Position numbers and translations under genes: made by a program. Below, piece by piece: positions 1 through 12,185 of a DNA stretch of 64,000 bases; position 1 is the stretch's first letter, and every line of letters begins with the position of its first letter. Origin of the DNA: Rhynchobatus australiae (taxonomy: Eukaryota); assembly GCA_034780895.1 (NCBI GenBank), contig JAUZTB010000064.1, forward strand, positions 114,965,116 through 115,029,115, read 5' to 3'. The notes beneath the pieces are model-generated. The model was not told where the DNA came from. It did no database searches and saw nothing but the letters and a program-made list of their open reading frames with translations.

Positions 1-935
1 ACAATACAAGTAGTTGTGGCTGCGTGAATTCAACTTGCTGCCAGTATTGCATTAAGCAGATACATGNNNNNNNNTCCAAATTGTTAACATGTACTGTATA
101 TTATATAACGATGTCCCAGCACCCATTTCCTGTTATCTCTTCATTGTCTTTTCATGGAAATCTAACTGCCCGAGCTATTTTAATTTCTTCTAGGATTATG
201 ACAAAAGCACAGTTATGTTACTCTTTTATACCTCATGCTGCCAGGTACAAATTATGTAATAACACTGAACCATGAAGGACTGTGCAAGTTTTCATGGCGA
301 TTAATCCCCAGGCTGGAAATCAAGCAGCTCCAGAGATATCAATTGGCAGTCTCACAATGTTTGATGACTGAGAGGAGTGGAAAATAGCAACTCATTATTG
401 GAGAACTGCACATTTTTAAAACCTAAAGCAATTCTACTCCAATATATAAAATGGTGGGATAATGTGAAAGTACCAGAAGTTGTAAATGTCAGCATTTCTG
501 CAGAAGTATTAAAGACAACACTGAAACATTTCTCCCCTATGTTTTAAATTAGACAAATGCCTGATTTAATTTATAAACCGCTGAGCATGTCTCTGTTTGG
601 AATTTTGCACTGCTTTTCCTCTCTTTCAATCTCACACATGAATTTATTCCTTCAGTATTAGCAGTGGAATGCACTTTACCATTAACATATTACAATCTCT
701 TCTTGGATCAACTATCCAAAACACTCTACCCCTTNNNAGGTGTCCACTGCTTAGCTCTGCAGCTACAAAACACACAATGAAGACTTGAGGGAATATCTTA
801 GTGAACAACTTCATGGAGCAGCTGATAGCTCTCTGTTTGGCAAACCAAGTTACAATGCACTCATTTTGTTCTTCTTGAAAATATTCCATTTTAATTATGT
901 CAGCAGGCTTTGCAATTAGCACAAGGTATACACTA

Positions 936-1227
936 GGGGCAGACATGGTAGTGTAGTGGTTAGCGTAATGCTTTAGAGTGCCAGCGACCTGGGTTCAATT
1001 CTGGCCGTCTGTATGTTCTCCCTGTGTCTGCATGGGTTTCCTCCGGGTGCTCTGGTTTCCACCAACACTCCAAAAGACGTACGGGTTAGGAAGTTGTGAG
1101 CATACTATGTTGGCGCCGGAAGTGTGACGACACTTGCGGGCTGCCCCCAGAACACTCTACACAAAAAGATGCATTTCACTATGTGTTTCGATGTGCATGT
1201 GACGAATAAAGACATCTTATCTTATCT
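936..1227 (+). mobile_element. tRNA-derived V-SINE, near full length
   Basis: A-box-like tagtgtagtggtta (~949-962), B-box ggttcaattc (992-1001), V-domain core tgggtttcctccgggtgctctggtttcc (~1033-1060), then aataaa and an (atctt)n tail. Confidence 0.85.
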
Positions 1228-1547
1228 GATGTACAGTTTAAATTGCAGCATAAATATTAAATTTATAGATCTTCATTTGGTAGAATTCAATTTAATTCAT
1301 GGTTGTGCTAACTGATGAGCTTTGAATCAGAAGAACAATTTTGGGCACAATTAAAGATTAAAGGATGAAGTTGGGCTTGATACACCCCTTTCTTTGGGTG
1401 CATTGAACACCCCTGGAACTCCAAAATAGCATCTGGTCAGTGCACATTTAAAAGGCAGATGTTGCTGTATGCTGTGTTGGTGAAGAAGTAGAGTGATATT
1501 GGGACATGTTAGCTGTTGTACAGTAAATATAACCGTGAATGTAGAAA

Positions 1548-2859
1548 CACAAGAAAGATTGCAGATACTGGAAATCTGGAGCGACACACAAAATGCTGGA
1601 AGAACTCAGCGGGTCAAGCAGCATCTACGGTGGGAAACGGACAGTCAATGTTTCGAGTTGAGACCCTTCTTCAGTACTGTAAAGAAAGAGGGGAAATGGC
1701 CAGTATAAAAGGGTGGGGAGAAGGGGTGGAGCGAAAGGTGGCGGGTGACAGGTGAATCCAGGTGAGGGAAGAAGATGAGCAGGTGGGGAAGGAGGGATCC
1801 AGGCTGGTGCCCCCTCCAGATCCCGCCCCGGCTGCCTTCAGGCCAAGACCTCTCATGCTGCCACTGGGTCTTACTTCTCCTCCTCTTCCACCACCACTCC
1901 CCACCTCTGGCCCCTCCAATCCTCAACCCTTCTCTCACTGCTCCAACCCTCTACACCTCCCCTGACCCAGCTACACCCCCTGCCATGTTTCCACTATCCC
2001 CTCTGACCTTCCACTGTCTGAGGAGGAACGTTCTGTCCTCAACAGGGGCCATACCTTAGTCCCCCTGCACCCATTTCTGCCTCCATGCTGACTTCTTCGG
2101 CAAGGACTCTCCCCCCCCCCCCACTGGTAACCCCTTCTCCCGCCTCAAGCCTTCCCCCTCCTCTTGGACACCCTGCTCTGGCCGCCTGCCCACTCTGAAT
2201 CTTTTCATCTCTAACTACTGACAGGACATTAACCACCTTGACTTCACCACTCCCCTCACCTACAATGACCTCATCCCCTCTGAGTGCATTGCCCTCCACT
2301 CACTCCACACTAATCCCAAACTCACCATCAAACCCACAGGCAAGGGTGGTGCTGTTGTAGTCTGGTGGACTGACCTCTACCTTGCAGGGACCAGAATGCA
2401 GCTCCTAGACACCTCCTCTTACTTATCCCCAAACCAGGACCCAACTGAGAAGCATCAGGCCATTGTCTCCTGCACCATCACCGACCTCATCACCTCTGGA
2501 GACCTCTCCTCTACAGCCTCCAACTTCATAGTTCCCCTACCCCGCACTGGCCATTTCTACTTCCGACCCAAAATCCACAAATCTAAATGCCCTGGTAGGC
2601 CCATTGTTTCTGCCTGCTCCTGCCCCACTGAACTCGTATCCTCGCCTTCCTCCCCCTCTCCACCTGCCTATCTTTCCCCCTCACCTGGATTCACCTATCA
2701 CCCGCCAACTCTTTCTCAGCCCCCTCCACCCACCTTTTATACTGACTATCTCCCCTCTTTCTTTCCGGTCCTGAAGGGTCTCAACCCAAAACGTCAACTG
2801 TCCAATTCCCTCCATAGATGCTGCTTGACCCACTGAGTTCCTCCAGCATTTTGTGTGTC
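1548..2859 (+). mobile_element. Internally deleted Penelope-like retroelement with inverted terminal pseudo-LTRs and a 16-nt TSD
   Basis: Inverted arms at ~1583-1796 and ~2645-2859. Internal broken ORF remnants include LPLSEEERSVLNRG, IKPxxKGGAVVVW and PKIHKSKCPGRPIVSACSCPTELVS (PLE RT N-terminal motifs). Flanks are accgtgaatgtagaaa (1532-1547) and actgtgaatatagaaa (2860-2875). Confidence 0.88.
1641..1680 (-). ncRNA. Degenerate minimal type-I hammerhead ribozyme motif in the PLE pseudo-LTR
   Basis: Minus strand reads ACAGTA-CUGAAGA-A-GGGU(CUCA)ACUC-GAAA-C-AUU-GACUGU. Both core boxes, stem II and stem I are present; the cleavage triplet is decayed. Confidence 0.6.
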
Positions 2860-3024
2860 ACTGTGAATATAGAAATATGTGTTGGGCTAAGCGGGAAGTG
2901 TAGGGTGTGTACGCTTATTGGTAGAGATGGTTAGAAGACAAGTGATGGAAATGTGGTAGACTTAGGCTGGCTGAGGCTGGTGACGCAGTTCATAGGGAAA
3001 GACATTTGATAGTCTAGTCACTGA

Positions 3025-3228
3025 TTTTGACAGCTTCTGAGGCCACCAAACCTCTTCAAGTAGTGTATCCAATGCTTGGGGCTTTGCATGTGGCATTAAC
3101 CACAACAGTTATTGTGCCCACTTCTTTCTGAACGAATGCCAGGAGGCCTTCCTGACTTTCCGCTTTTCCATCAAGGCTTCCAGTACAATATCCAAAAGCT
3201 TCAGAGCCACCTTCCATGTGTCCCATTT
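3025..3228 (-). mobile_element. Probable PIF/Harbinger Myb/SANT-like ORF relic
   Basis: Frameshifted minus-strand pieces (VALKLLDIVLEALMEK; KKWAQ*..VVVNATCKAP..W) resemble the Harbinger Myb/SANT protein pattern. Highly decayed. Confidence 0.35.
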
Positions 3229-6200
3229 TATTGTTTTCTCAGTCAATTTCACATGTAGAGGAAAAGCTAGAACCCACATTCGGCACAGTGCATAACCCTC
3301 TTAAATAGTGCAAGCTTGCTTGTAGCAGTGCTTTAACTTGTGTTCGACTGTCATGATGTTGGCTGCTGCTGGAATATCTGGCCAATGAACAGCACAGTTA
3401 ACAATGGCTGTACACTGAAATCATTATAATGAACAGGCAGCCAAAGATAGCATGCTGGCTGCATTTCAACCAATGGGCACAGGGCAATGTTATATTACAA
3501 TTCATGTAACTGTTTTTAGGGAGTATCTAATATAGGCCCCTAAATTTAAGTAAAGGATTCATGTTAGCAAACTTTAATAAAAACCAATTATTTGGTACTT
3601 GTATTTAATCTGAATTCTAAACAACAATATAAGGTATTTAAATATAATGCATATGGAAATGGAAAATTGGAAATTCCAGGAAGTGACACAGAATTGAATC
3701 CAAAAACAAATTCAAGACTGGAGACATCTATGTTCTTCAGTATGCATATCAGAGAACGTATTCCACATGGTGTCGTTGTAGTTCTCAAGAGTCAGCATTG
3801 TGGTTTTGGGCAAAATTATTTTAGAAGAAAGTGCTTGATGAAAAACACATCTGCAACACATAAAATGAAAAAAATACTTTCCTGTATGTTCATGTTTTCT
3901 TTTTGTTTTTGGTTGATTCACAATGGAGATTTATTAAAAAAGGCTCTCCTCAAGACATAGCTGGCAAAAATGGCATCCATTGTCGAACTAAGAGACACTG
4001 TCGGTAAAGACCTAGATTTGCTGGTTGTAGGCCAGGTAGCTGATTTTGATTTAATTTCCAGCACAAGTTTCACCAATATTGAACTAAAAAAAGAAAGAAA
4101 GGAATTAGCCAAGATTTCTGTTTCTGATTGCTATCGAGTGACACCATTGAAATGCAGCAAATTGAACACTGGAAAACAACAGGATTCAATTTAGTGATGA
4201 TAATCCAATTGTCGAAGTGCCCTTTTGACAACCACTTTCCAAATTCTCTCATGATGATTGTGAACATGGAATGTTTTTCATCTGTGGCTGAGATGCCAGA
4301 GGGTGGTCAGAATTCATGAAGTTGTGCATTTTATGAGGTGGCAGCTCAAGAGAAAGGATCAGAAAAACTTTATGATAACAGATCNNNNNNNNNNNNNNNN
4401 NNNNNNNNNNNNNNNNNNNNNNNNNNNNNNNNNNNNNNNNNNNNNNNNNNNNNNNNNNNNNNNNNAGCTGTGTTTTTTTTTCACCCTTTATCTAGTTTTA
4501 GAATAATGAACTTCAGTAGAAAAATGGAAGTGGATCATTTTTTTCTGCCAGGATAACAACATTTTTATTTAGTCCATGTTCAACATGTTTATGAAGTTGA
4601 ATACAATGACTACTATATCTTTCAGAGAGTTAGCCATGTCCAGTCATTTCCAATCAATCTTTTTTTTCCATCATTGTGTGAGCTTGACAGCAAAAAGGTT
4701 TGTTACTTGTTTCCTTTTAATTAACAATCAACTTAAAAAAGCAACATAATACAACTACCCAGCTGAAATTGTTCTTTATATCTTTTTTGCTCATTTAGAA
4801 TTGCATTTTATTAGTATCCAAACACATAGTGTCTAATCTTTGGCAATATTCCCAGATATAGAAACTTCTCAAGAGAAATTGAATTTAGTGTAGTATATTG
4901 TTCTATAAGTTGAAGGTTGTTATAAATATACAAGGTGACACACACACACAATTTTTTGAAAGTAGAACCTATTTTAGTTCCCTGATGGTTGGAAAGATGA
5001 CAAATACAGAAAAAAGGTTCAAAAAGTAAAATTATAAAAAATAATGCCATTTTTTAACATTGAAAGTACCAGATTCATTTTTGCCTTAATGCTCTGCAAA
5101 GTGTGTGTAGACACATCAGCATTATAGGGAGGAATTCACTTTGGGCAGATGAGTAGGGGTTAATTCTTAATATGGTTAACAAATTACAGACACATAATGG
5201 TATTATTCAGTTTCTTAATTCTGGAGTATAATGTTCAACCATAAAAATTTACTGAATATCATTTTTCACATATGTTTTGTGATCAGAACCACATGCACAA
5301 TTTCAGAATGGCCAGCAAAATGTAGCACACAGACTTGAAACTAGGTAGTGGGGGGAAAGAATTGCCCAAGTGAAACTGATTCATGCTAATAAGACCTTGA
5401 CTAAACTAATAATTGTGGCTGATAACTTAAGAACGTGCTTGCAACATATAGTTTGTTTGGAATGTTTCATTTGGATCTGGGTTTTAAAATGAATTTTGTT
5501 CAGAGTAAAACACAGTAGGGTTTATCTCACTTTAATCATTGATGCTGCAGTATAGAGTAAAACAGCAGAACAATCAGAAGCAGTTTACAATAAATCATCA
5601 TTGCATTCAACAGTTCACCTGATGTTGCAAAGTAAAGAACTGACCCCAAAGTATGATTCTATCTGTGATTCTGATCATTCCAGAAAATAGAGATGAACCT
5701 TAAATCTACATTTGCTATTTTTAAAAAATCATATTGTTTTCCCACAGTTAGTAGTAATCACCTTGGAAGGTTTACATGTCAAGGTTACATGGACAATTGG
5801 TTCTGTTTTTGTAGAGGACTAGACAGAGTGCTCCAGTATCTCCTGCTGATAAAATTGTCGAGCTGGGACAGCATTAACAGTGTTTCTGCTGGAAGAGGGG
5901 ACAGCAACTCAATATAGGTATCATTCCTTGTTATAAAGGTAGTGCAGTGATGCATTACCACTCAGTTGCAATTAAATAAGTTACTAGAGCAAAATAAATA
6001 CAGAATTTAAACAGTAAAACCTTTGCACTTGAGTGCATTGTTTCCTTAAAAGAGAATGCAGGCAAAATCTGATTGGAATTTTAATATACACTGAGTTAAT
6101 TCAATAGAGCATTCACAAAGAAAATGATCAAGGTAATTAAACTCTAAAATGTGTTTTGGTGCTTGAATTTAATTGCGAGGGAGTGGTTGCTGTCTCGGCA

Positions 6201-6589
6201 AAATAACTTACTGTTGGGAGAAACCTTCGCCCAGCATTTGATGTTCTTCTCTTTAGTAAATTGGGGCCTCTATATGGAGTATTACGGAAGTTGTAGAACA
6301 TGCAGGATAATTGGATATATAATAAAAAATATACATTAATATGTATATTTTTTATTATATATATCACTGAAGCAATGGAGTGTTATTCACCAGTGGATTG
6401 GTCAACCCTACAGCCTGGATTTTATCTGAGAAGAGCTGAATGGAAAAGATATCATTGTGAGATCCAGAAGCTCAAAGAATGAGTTTGCCACATGTCCTGT
6501 AATATTTAATATTGGAAGCCAGCCTGATTAACATTAGGAGGCTTTTTAAATAAGAAGTCTCCTTTACATAGTCACAGAAGAAATCTGGT

Positions 6590-6835
6590 GCAGATAAATT
6601 GGAATGAGATAGGTCATTGGGATTTGGAAGTAGCTCCACAGAAGTGGAAGGAGTTGGTGGGGTGGGGGGTGTTCTGAATGAAAGGGTGGATGCCTGCATC
6701 ATGGCCCAAGGGAGGCAAGCCCTGATTGCTATGGTAATAGCACCTGGTAGAATTGAGGTTCCATCTGCAGGGTCAGGGATGACGTTGGATAGGAAGAGAA
6801 GATGGAATTTGGCGAGGAGTAAACTTGGAGAGTAG
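6590..6835 (-). mobile_element. Possible very old PLE RT fragment
   Basis: The minus strand is C-rich and loosely resembles the PLE RT region (MDVxSLYTxIP..GL). No clean motif. Confidence 0.25.
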
Positions 6836-7604
6836 CTTCTTCAGACCCACACATACTGTTGTAAGGATATACACCTTCAATTCTTGCCTGGAGTTAGCTA
6901 TTGGATTCCCTGAGACTTGTCATTAATACATGGACATTGAAATTATCCTGCCTTGTTATTATACTCAAATGCCAAACCAGTTCATACAAATACTCAGGCT
7001 ATCTGCCCATTGACCTACCTCAATTAAAATTGAAATCGATTGGGTTTGTGGTGGGTTTGGTTCCTGCTTCAGATTTTTTGCAAAAGTTTTGACCCCAAGC
7101 CACTTGTTTTAGGGAGTTAAAATTCAGGTATTTTCCATGGAAAGAATATGAAGATATGAGAAGCATAGAAAGTTCAAATAGTTCCAAAGATACCTTAATG
7201 AGAAATGAGAGGTGTAAAAATTGGGAGGGACACCTCCAGCTGTCTTATTTGGTTCGCCTTGGAGAGCCCCCATAATGGGAGCATTAACTTGTGAAAGTTG
7301 CTCAAAGATTTTCAGTAAATGCTTGAGAAGATGGAGCTTGGCAAGGACAAGAATAATGGGAACATTGGACTTTATACTTCAAAAGTGCCCTGTTGGCTCT
7401 ATTGGGTACTGATCATGTAAGAATGTGTATTCCAGGATCGCTATTTCACAGTTGCTGCATTAGTTCATTATCAGTGGAGTAGGGGAGATGTCCCTGAGCT
7501 GACATCCAACTTGGCCATGACTTTGTCCACTATTTACCCGAGTTTTGTTCTCCATTCCTGGACCTGAAATAATAAGAAATATTCCCAGTGACAAAGTAGG
7601 TCTA

Positions 7605-7860
7605 GGAGGTTCAAAGGGGATTTAAGGAAGGATTTTTTTCACCCAGTGGGTGGTTGAAATCTGGAATGCACTGCCTGACAGGGTGATGAGGCAAAGACTT
7701 TCACAACATTTCAGAACTATCTGTACAAGCACTTGAATTGCCAAAGCAGAGATGCCTGTGTCCAAAAATTGGAAAATGGGATTAGTATGGATGATCAGTA
7801 CGGACGTGATGGACTGAACGACTTTTTCTGTGCTGTATGACTCCATGGTGTATGATTCTT
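7605..7860 (+). mobile_element. CR1 LINE 3' end
   Basis: FFTQWVVEIWNALPDRV-type ORF2 C-terminus, then the 3' UTR ending ctgtgctgtatgactccatg with a short repeat tail. Confidence 0.8.
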
Positions 7861-8919
7861 TGAACACGTGTGGTTGCAGCTGGCCAGTTGAGCCTTTGCT
7901 TCCGCACTGTTCTTTGTCTTTTTTCTCGGTTGAAGAGGAAACATCTTAATTTACTGTGACCAAAACTCTGTTTATGGCACTGAATTGTGAATTTCCTTAA
8001 GTTCAGATTGAGGTTTGGTGGGCCTCTCTCCTATTTTGTAGCCCTGTGAGCCATTGGTAGGAAAACTCAGCATCCTGCCTGACAAGGAAGCCAACTTTCC
8101 ATGCCTCAAACCCAGTCTCTGTGTTCTGTAAACAGCCAACAGACTTAATTTTTCTCAGAATCATTGATGGGGTTCCTAAAGTTGTGTGGCTGTTGAAGTG
8201 CTGCATGAGTTTAATTACATGCATCTGTCTGTTCACTGCTCACTGAAGTTTGGGAGTGTCCATTTAAGAATAAGTTAGAAAAATAACCCATACTCGCATA
8301 TTTAGTCAAACTGTCCTGTATATTGTTTCATTTGACAGTAGATGGCTNNNNNNNNNNNNNNNNNNNNNNNNNNNNNNNNNNNNNNNNNNNNNNNNNNNNN
8401 NNNNNNNNNNNNNNNNNNNNNNNNNNNNNNNNNNNNNNNNNNNNNNNNNNNNNNNNNNNNNNNNNNNNNNNNNNNNNNNNNNNNNNNNNNNNNNNNNNNN
8501 NNNNNNNNNNNNNNNNNNNNNNNNNNNNNNNNNNNNNNNNNNNNNNNNNNNNNNNNNNNNNNNNNNNNNNNNNNNNNNNNNNNNNNNAATGAGAATTGTT
8601 TTTCATCATGGACAGTCAATATAATCATAATTTTGGTGGTGTTTTAGAGATTAGGGTTTGGAAATACTGGTGTTATAGGTGCTTGCCTCAATCATTGATA
8701 TTCTGTACATCATCTCCTAACTTTGTGTAGGTAGGACATTGCTTTTAAAACATAATTTTTCTTTTTCTTGGTAGTCTTCATGAGCTTTTGCATTGATTTT
8801 ATTTCTCTTTGCCCTGTGCCTGTTCTCCTTCTTTTTGTTTGCCCAGTCAGCTCCATTACTTGTGGGAATCAGTCTGTCTTTTGGGTTTGGAAGAAGTTGA
8901 GGACCAACAGAAACATGTA

Positions 8920-9955
8920 AGAAACGTCATTAGGTCTTTGCCTTCTTCATACTCTTAGGCAAATCATCAGGTTTGAGTATATCATGGGGTTCTGTGGTGG
9001 CTGATGAGGCTGGTCAAGGGTAGGTGGGTGGCTGGTTCGGAAGGGATATACTCCTTTCCTGAATGATTCAGGATACTCAGTGCTATCCAGATGCTTTTTC
9101 GTCATTTTGATTTATCACAAGCTAGTGATCCTAATGAGGATGTTTCATTTTTTTGTAAGGAGATTTTGAGAAAGACCTTGAATCAGTTCCTTTGTCTTCT
9201 TAGCAGCCCACTGCCATGATGGAACTTGGAATAGAATTGCTATTTTGGGAGATTGGTGTCAAGCATGCAAATGATGTGCTCACTCATTGGAGCAAGCAGA
9301 GTAATTAAAGCCTCGATGCTGGGGTGTGGGTCTGGGAGAACACACCAGCATTGATTTGCTTATTCTACAAGTGCTTTTGGAAGATTTGGCAGAGGCCAGA
9401 TAGGTTCTGCTTCTCCGGTGCTCTGATGTACCTGCTTTTGAGTCCATTTCTCAAAGGGATACATGAGATCAGAGATCACTGCTGCCCAGTAGGTCATGAA
9501 CCTTGTGCCAGATTTGAAATTTTGTCTAAAGATTTTGCAAGCGCATAGGAGGAGATGATGAATTTCATCATTAATGTCTGCCCTCACTGAAAAGTGGTTC
9601 CCAAGAAATGAATGGAGATCAGTTTCTGAGGGGGGCCAAATTTCAGAAGGATACTCCATCTTCTCCTTTACTTGACAAAGGCTTTTGTAATGTCAGAAGC
9701 CTATCTTTTATAGTGAATGTCCTCCCTACATTTTTCTAGCGTTCTGGGCCCATTTGCTGCATTTATCAACAGACAGGGATCAAACCTACTTTAGTAGACA
9801 ATTACTGAGGGTAAAGCCTCCTCTCCAGATGAAAATGATTAAAGAAGCTGAGCTCCTATTCCCAAACACCTCAGTATCTGGTTTCTTGGAGCACCTTAGT
9901 CACTATTTGTTATGGTTTTTGGTGGCAAAACATGAAAAGGTAGATACTTCATGGA
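8920..9955 (-). mobile_element. RTE-clade LINE fragment (RT C-terminal part), decayed
   Basis: ORF 9360..9659(-) contains FLGNHFSVRADINDEIHHLL, similar to the other RTE copies here (IDDEIHH at ~46640). Confidence 0.7.
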
Positions 9956-10267
9956 NNNNNNNNNNNNNNNNNNNNNNNNNNNNNNNNNNNNNNNNNNNNN
10001 NNNNNNNNNNNNNNNNGGTTGGCAGCATCTGTGGCCTATCTGGCCACAATTGCAGTAAATTGTCACATTTTTCCAAATGCTTACATTTGTTCCCTTATTG
10101 TGATACTCAGTTAATCACACTTATGTGCAGTTAAGTATGATGTTCCATTCCCACTATTAGTATGCCCTCTGAAAACAAACAAATGTGCACTTCCAAGTCA
10201 TGAAATGTGTATCAGTAACACCTATCATTTGGAAGTTCCTTAGACCTCCTAGATGGGACATGGGAGA

Positions 10268-10306
10268 CACACATACACACATACACACACACATGCACAC
10301 ACACAC
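10268..10306. repeat. Imperfect (CA)n microsatellite
   Basis: acacacatacacacatacacacacacatgcacacacacacac. Confidence 0.85.
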
Positions 10307-10559
10307 CTTGTTGATTTCAAGGCTTCTCCATAAACTATTGTCCAAAAAATGAATACGTTAGATAGGTATTCCACTCAGAAAATTACACAGTGAGGACAGG
10401 GTTCACAGAACAGGAGAAGCTCTGGAAGAAGGAGGAGGAGGAACAGGTGGTAGAAGGATTTCCAAAAGAAGACCATGTCTGCTTAACAATTCTCCTCTAT
10501 GGATGTCAGTAAGCAGCAATGAGAGACATTTGCACTTTAGTAGCAAATCAAAGACTTGT

Positions 10560-10700
10560 TAAACTAAAAACATAAAATGCTGGAAAAAAACTCAGCAGCT
10601 CAAGCAGCATCAGTGAAAAGAGAAACAATTAACATTTCAGGACTAGTTCATCAGAACAGAGAAAGAGAGAAAAAAAGTTAGTTTAGTTAGCAGAGAAGGT
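10560..10700 (-). mobile_element. Solo PLE pseudo-LTR fragment with hammerhead-like core
   Basis: aaaatgctggaaaaaaactcagcagctcaagcagcatc matches the arm at 1590-1626. The minus strand at 10628-10658 reads GUU-CUGAUGA-ACUAGUCCU-GAAA-UGUU-AAU. Confidence 0.7.
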
Positions 10701-10829
10701 GAGATGGGTAGATCAAGAGGAATGCAGGTGGTCCCCACAATTTGTTGAACTGCTTATGTTGAAGTGCATTCAATAAGTCAGAAAAGCTTGTGAAGACCAT
10801 TTAGTATTAAATATGCCTCCTCAGCCAAA

Positions 10830-12185
10830 CTCTGTCTTGATGTGAGTGCCCATAACTCTATCCCCCAGCAAACTGGTCAGTCCAGTCTCACCAGCACCCA
10901 AGATTGACAAGAAGTTGATAAATGTGAAATATCAACTAAGAAACAACCAGGGCTGTGGAGCAGAGTGTATCCTTCTTCTAAAATTCGGTGAGTACATCCT
11001 CACACACAAATTCACAGCCTCTTCTCCCATATCTGAGGAGAGGACAACATGTCAGGAGACTAAGAGATGCCGTAATTTCTTCAAGAAAGGAGACATCCAA
11101 TTGTGGTAACTACAGAGGGTTCACCCTGCTGTCTGGTTCAAGAAAAAATCCAAGCATACTCCTCAACTGCTTATTCCCAGCAGCTAAAGAGCTTCTCCCC
11201 AGATCACAGTTTAGATTCTCTCCGTCTTAAGGCACAATGGACAGGATCAGTGTCAACATGGTGCGTGTCTTGTTTGACTTCACGAAAACCTTTGACTCTC
11301 TCAGTTGAGCAGACCTGCGTGAATCCTTCTGAGTTTTTTTCTGCCCTCAGAGGTTTGCCTCTAATTCTGTGTTTGCAAAAGGATGATAAGAAAACTGTGC
11401 TATTAACCAAAGGGTCCATGGAAGACCGCTCCCAATGCAGAAAAGGTTGATGCTAAGCTATATCTTCACTGCACCTCTTTTCTCAATTTTTCTTACCGCA
11501 GCAGTGCACCTCGCCTTCAATAAGATTTCTGCTACAGTGGAGCTAATCTACAGGAAAAATGAGAAACTGAGAAAATGAGAATCCACATCAATTCCACGCC
11601 AGAACCAAGGTCACCCGACCCAGTCGTCAATCCACAGTATGCAGATAGTACATGAGAATGTGCATGATGAGAGGCCAAGCTCCAAATCATTATTAACTCG
11701 TTCATTGAAGTATACAAGAGAACGGGGCATATATTAAACAACCAGCAAACAAAGATCCTCACTGCACAACACCAACTCCCCAAAATAAAGGTCCATGAAG
11801 ATAACCTGGACTATGCAAAGGCAAACTGACGATGAAAGTCACCAATGCCTCCAATGCATAGCTGTTGGCCATCTGAGGAAAAGAATGCTTAAAAAATGAA
11901 GACCTAAAATCCAGCACAAAGCTCACGGTCTTGTGACCCCTGCCCGTCTGTATGCTTCAGGGATATAGACTACCTATTGCAACACCTCAAAGCAATGGAG
12001 GGGTGCCACCATTACCACCTCTGCAACATTCCCTCAAGTCCACTGGCAGTATAAGTGAACCAACATTAACATCTTCTCCCAGAACCAACATCCCCAGAAT
12101 CAAAGCTGTAATTAAACACAGTCAGTTATGATGTGCAGGCCATGTCATTTGCTTGCCTGATGTCAGACGCATGAAACAGACAGTC
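10830..12185 (+). mobile_element. RTE-clade LINE RT fragment, frameshifted
   Basis: FKKGD / CGNYRGFTLLSG / ILLNCLFPAAKELLPRSQFRF (RT domains 1-2), FDFTKTFDS, and near the 3' end CAGHVICLPD. Confidence 0.82.

Noticed and set aside
936-1010. tRNA gene
   Set aside because: It has A/B boxes but no complete cloverleaf and continues into a V-SINE body.
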